Positions 62,632 through 64,000 of a DNA stretch of 64,000 nt are shown here, in pieces. The translations under genes were made by a program, and so were the position numbers. Positions within the stretch are counted from its first letter, which is position 1. The number at the start of each line of letters is the position of its first letter. The notes below the pieces were generated by a model. The model worked only from the letters and a program-made list of their open reading frames with translations, was not told the DNA's origin and made no database searches. Source of the stretch: an uncultured Chloroflexia bacterium (GTDB lineage Bacteria > Chloroflexota > Anaerolineae > JAAYZQ01); NCBI GenBank assembly GCA_963700285.1, contig CAVOXA010000014.1, positions 736,001 to 800,000 of the forward strand. The letters run 5' to 3'.

Positions 62632-64000
62632 ATGGAGAAACCCTGGCTAAAGCACTACGACGAAGGGATACCAACCACCATCGATTACCCCCGCATCCCG
62701 CTGGACCGGCTCCTGGCGGATTCGGCCGCCAAGCATCCCAACCAGACCGCCACCATCTTTGGCGCCATGGTGGGCTCGCGTCTGATGGATGCCAAGCTGA
62801 CCTACAGGCAACTGGACAATGCCGTGAACCGCTTCGCCGTCGGCCTGCAGGAACTGGGTGTCGCCCAGGGCGACCGGGTGGCCATCATGCTGCCCAACTG
62901 CCCGCAGTTCATCATCGCCGCCTATGCCACCTGGCGCATCGGCGGCGTCGTCGTGTGCTGCAACCCACTCTACGTGGACCGGGAGATCGAGCATTTGATC
63001 CAGGACTCGGGCGCGGAGACCTTTGTGATCATGAGCCAGTTCTACGACCGCATCAAGAGCATCCGGGGCAACACCGGCCTAAAGCGGGTAGTGGTGACCA
63101 ACATCAAAGAGTATTTCCCCGGCTTGCTCAAGTTCCTCTTCTCGCTGGCCAAAGAAAAGAAAGAGGGCCACAAGGTCGACATCTCCGCCGACGCTGGACA
63201 CCCACTGGTTCCAGGCTATCCTGGAAGGGGCGTCGGCCGGCGCCGGACCGGCGGCCGGTGGAGATCGATCCCGACGAGGTCGCGACCCTGATCTACACCG
63301 GCGGTACCACCGGCGGCCCCAAGGGCGCCCAGCTCAGTCACTACAACCTGGTCTCCAACGCCGTCGCGCTGAACATCTGGGTCAAGAGCCGGGAAGCGCA
63401 GGACATCCTGCTGGCCGTCATGCCCTACTTTCACAGCTACGGCCTGACCGTGGGCATGAACGTCTGCATCGCCAACGCCATCACCATGGTCCAGATCCCC
63501 AACCCGCGCGACATGAGGCACGTCCTCAAGTCCATTGAGACCCACCGGGTGACCTACTATCCCGGCGTGCCGACCATGTTCGTCGGTCTTCTCAACTTTC
63601 CGGACAGGGACCAATACGATCTGATCGTCGCTGCGCTTCGCGGTTAGCGCCGCCGCGCCGCTGGCCCCCGAGACACAGCAGCAGTTCCAGACCGTCACCG
63701 GTGGCCTCCTGCTCGAAGCCTACGGTCTGACGGAAACCAGCCCCTGCGCCACCATAGACCCCGTCGACCGGCCCGCCGACAATTCCCTGGGCGTGCCGCT
63801 GCCCGACACCGATGTCAAGATTGTGGATGTGGAAACCGGCGACGAGGAGCTGGAACCGGGCGCCATCGGCGAGATCATCATCAAAGGCCCGCAGGTCATG
63901 AAGGGCTATTGGAACCTGCCCACCGAAACCGCCAACGCCCTGCGGGTGGGGCCCGACGGCCAGCCAGGCTGGTTCTACAGCGGCGACATTGGCTACATGG
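62632..64000 (+). CDS. Long-chain fatty acid-CoA ligase, apparent frameshifts, truncated by the window end
   Basis: MEKPWL..Y, GDRVAIMLPNCPQ, YTGGTTGGPKG, EAYGLTE, GPQVMKGYW, SGDIG. Confidence 0.9.

Overview
Chromosomal segment of a moderately GC-rich bacterium, most likely Chloroflexota (Anaerolineae-like). This is inferred from the C-terminal YLPL sorting motif, the VVVTQEV lipoprotein linker and the dnaB-dnaD-tandem dnaC layout. The left 26 kb is a mostly minus-strand accessory region centred on B12-dependent light sensing. It holds a CarH/LitR-type MerR-B12 repressor with an extra globin-like domain, heading a TIGR01777/SRPBCC/HrtAB-like ABC/CrtD-like operon. It also holds a stand-alone globin+B12 ('photocobilin-like') sensor translationally coupled to two histidine kinases and a NarL regulator. 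Further along come two DUF4397 surface proteins, a Crp regulator and a PEP-utiliser/chelatase/PlsY/ABC operon. The middle carries a TPP riboswitch-thiN-thiB unit, a replication operon (dnaB, dnaD, double-AAA+ dnaC) interleaved with GT-C-type membrane proteins, tRNA-Gly(CCC), a possible genotoxin-defence cluster, and a nadC-nadA fusion with nadB. The right part is a Pho locus: phoPR, a tandem-domain pstS, pstC, a pstA carrying a circularly permuted PstS domain, pstB, arsC and two phoU, with clear 11-bp PHO-box arrays. A TetR/hydrolase/acyl-CoA ligase operon follows. Several genes show frameshifts that are probably sequencing or assembly indels. No CRISPR array, integrase or transposase was seen. 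All family calls come from motif recognition by eye, not database searches.
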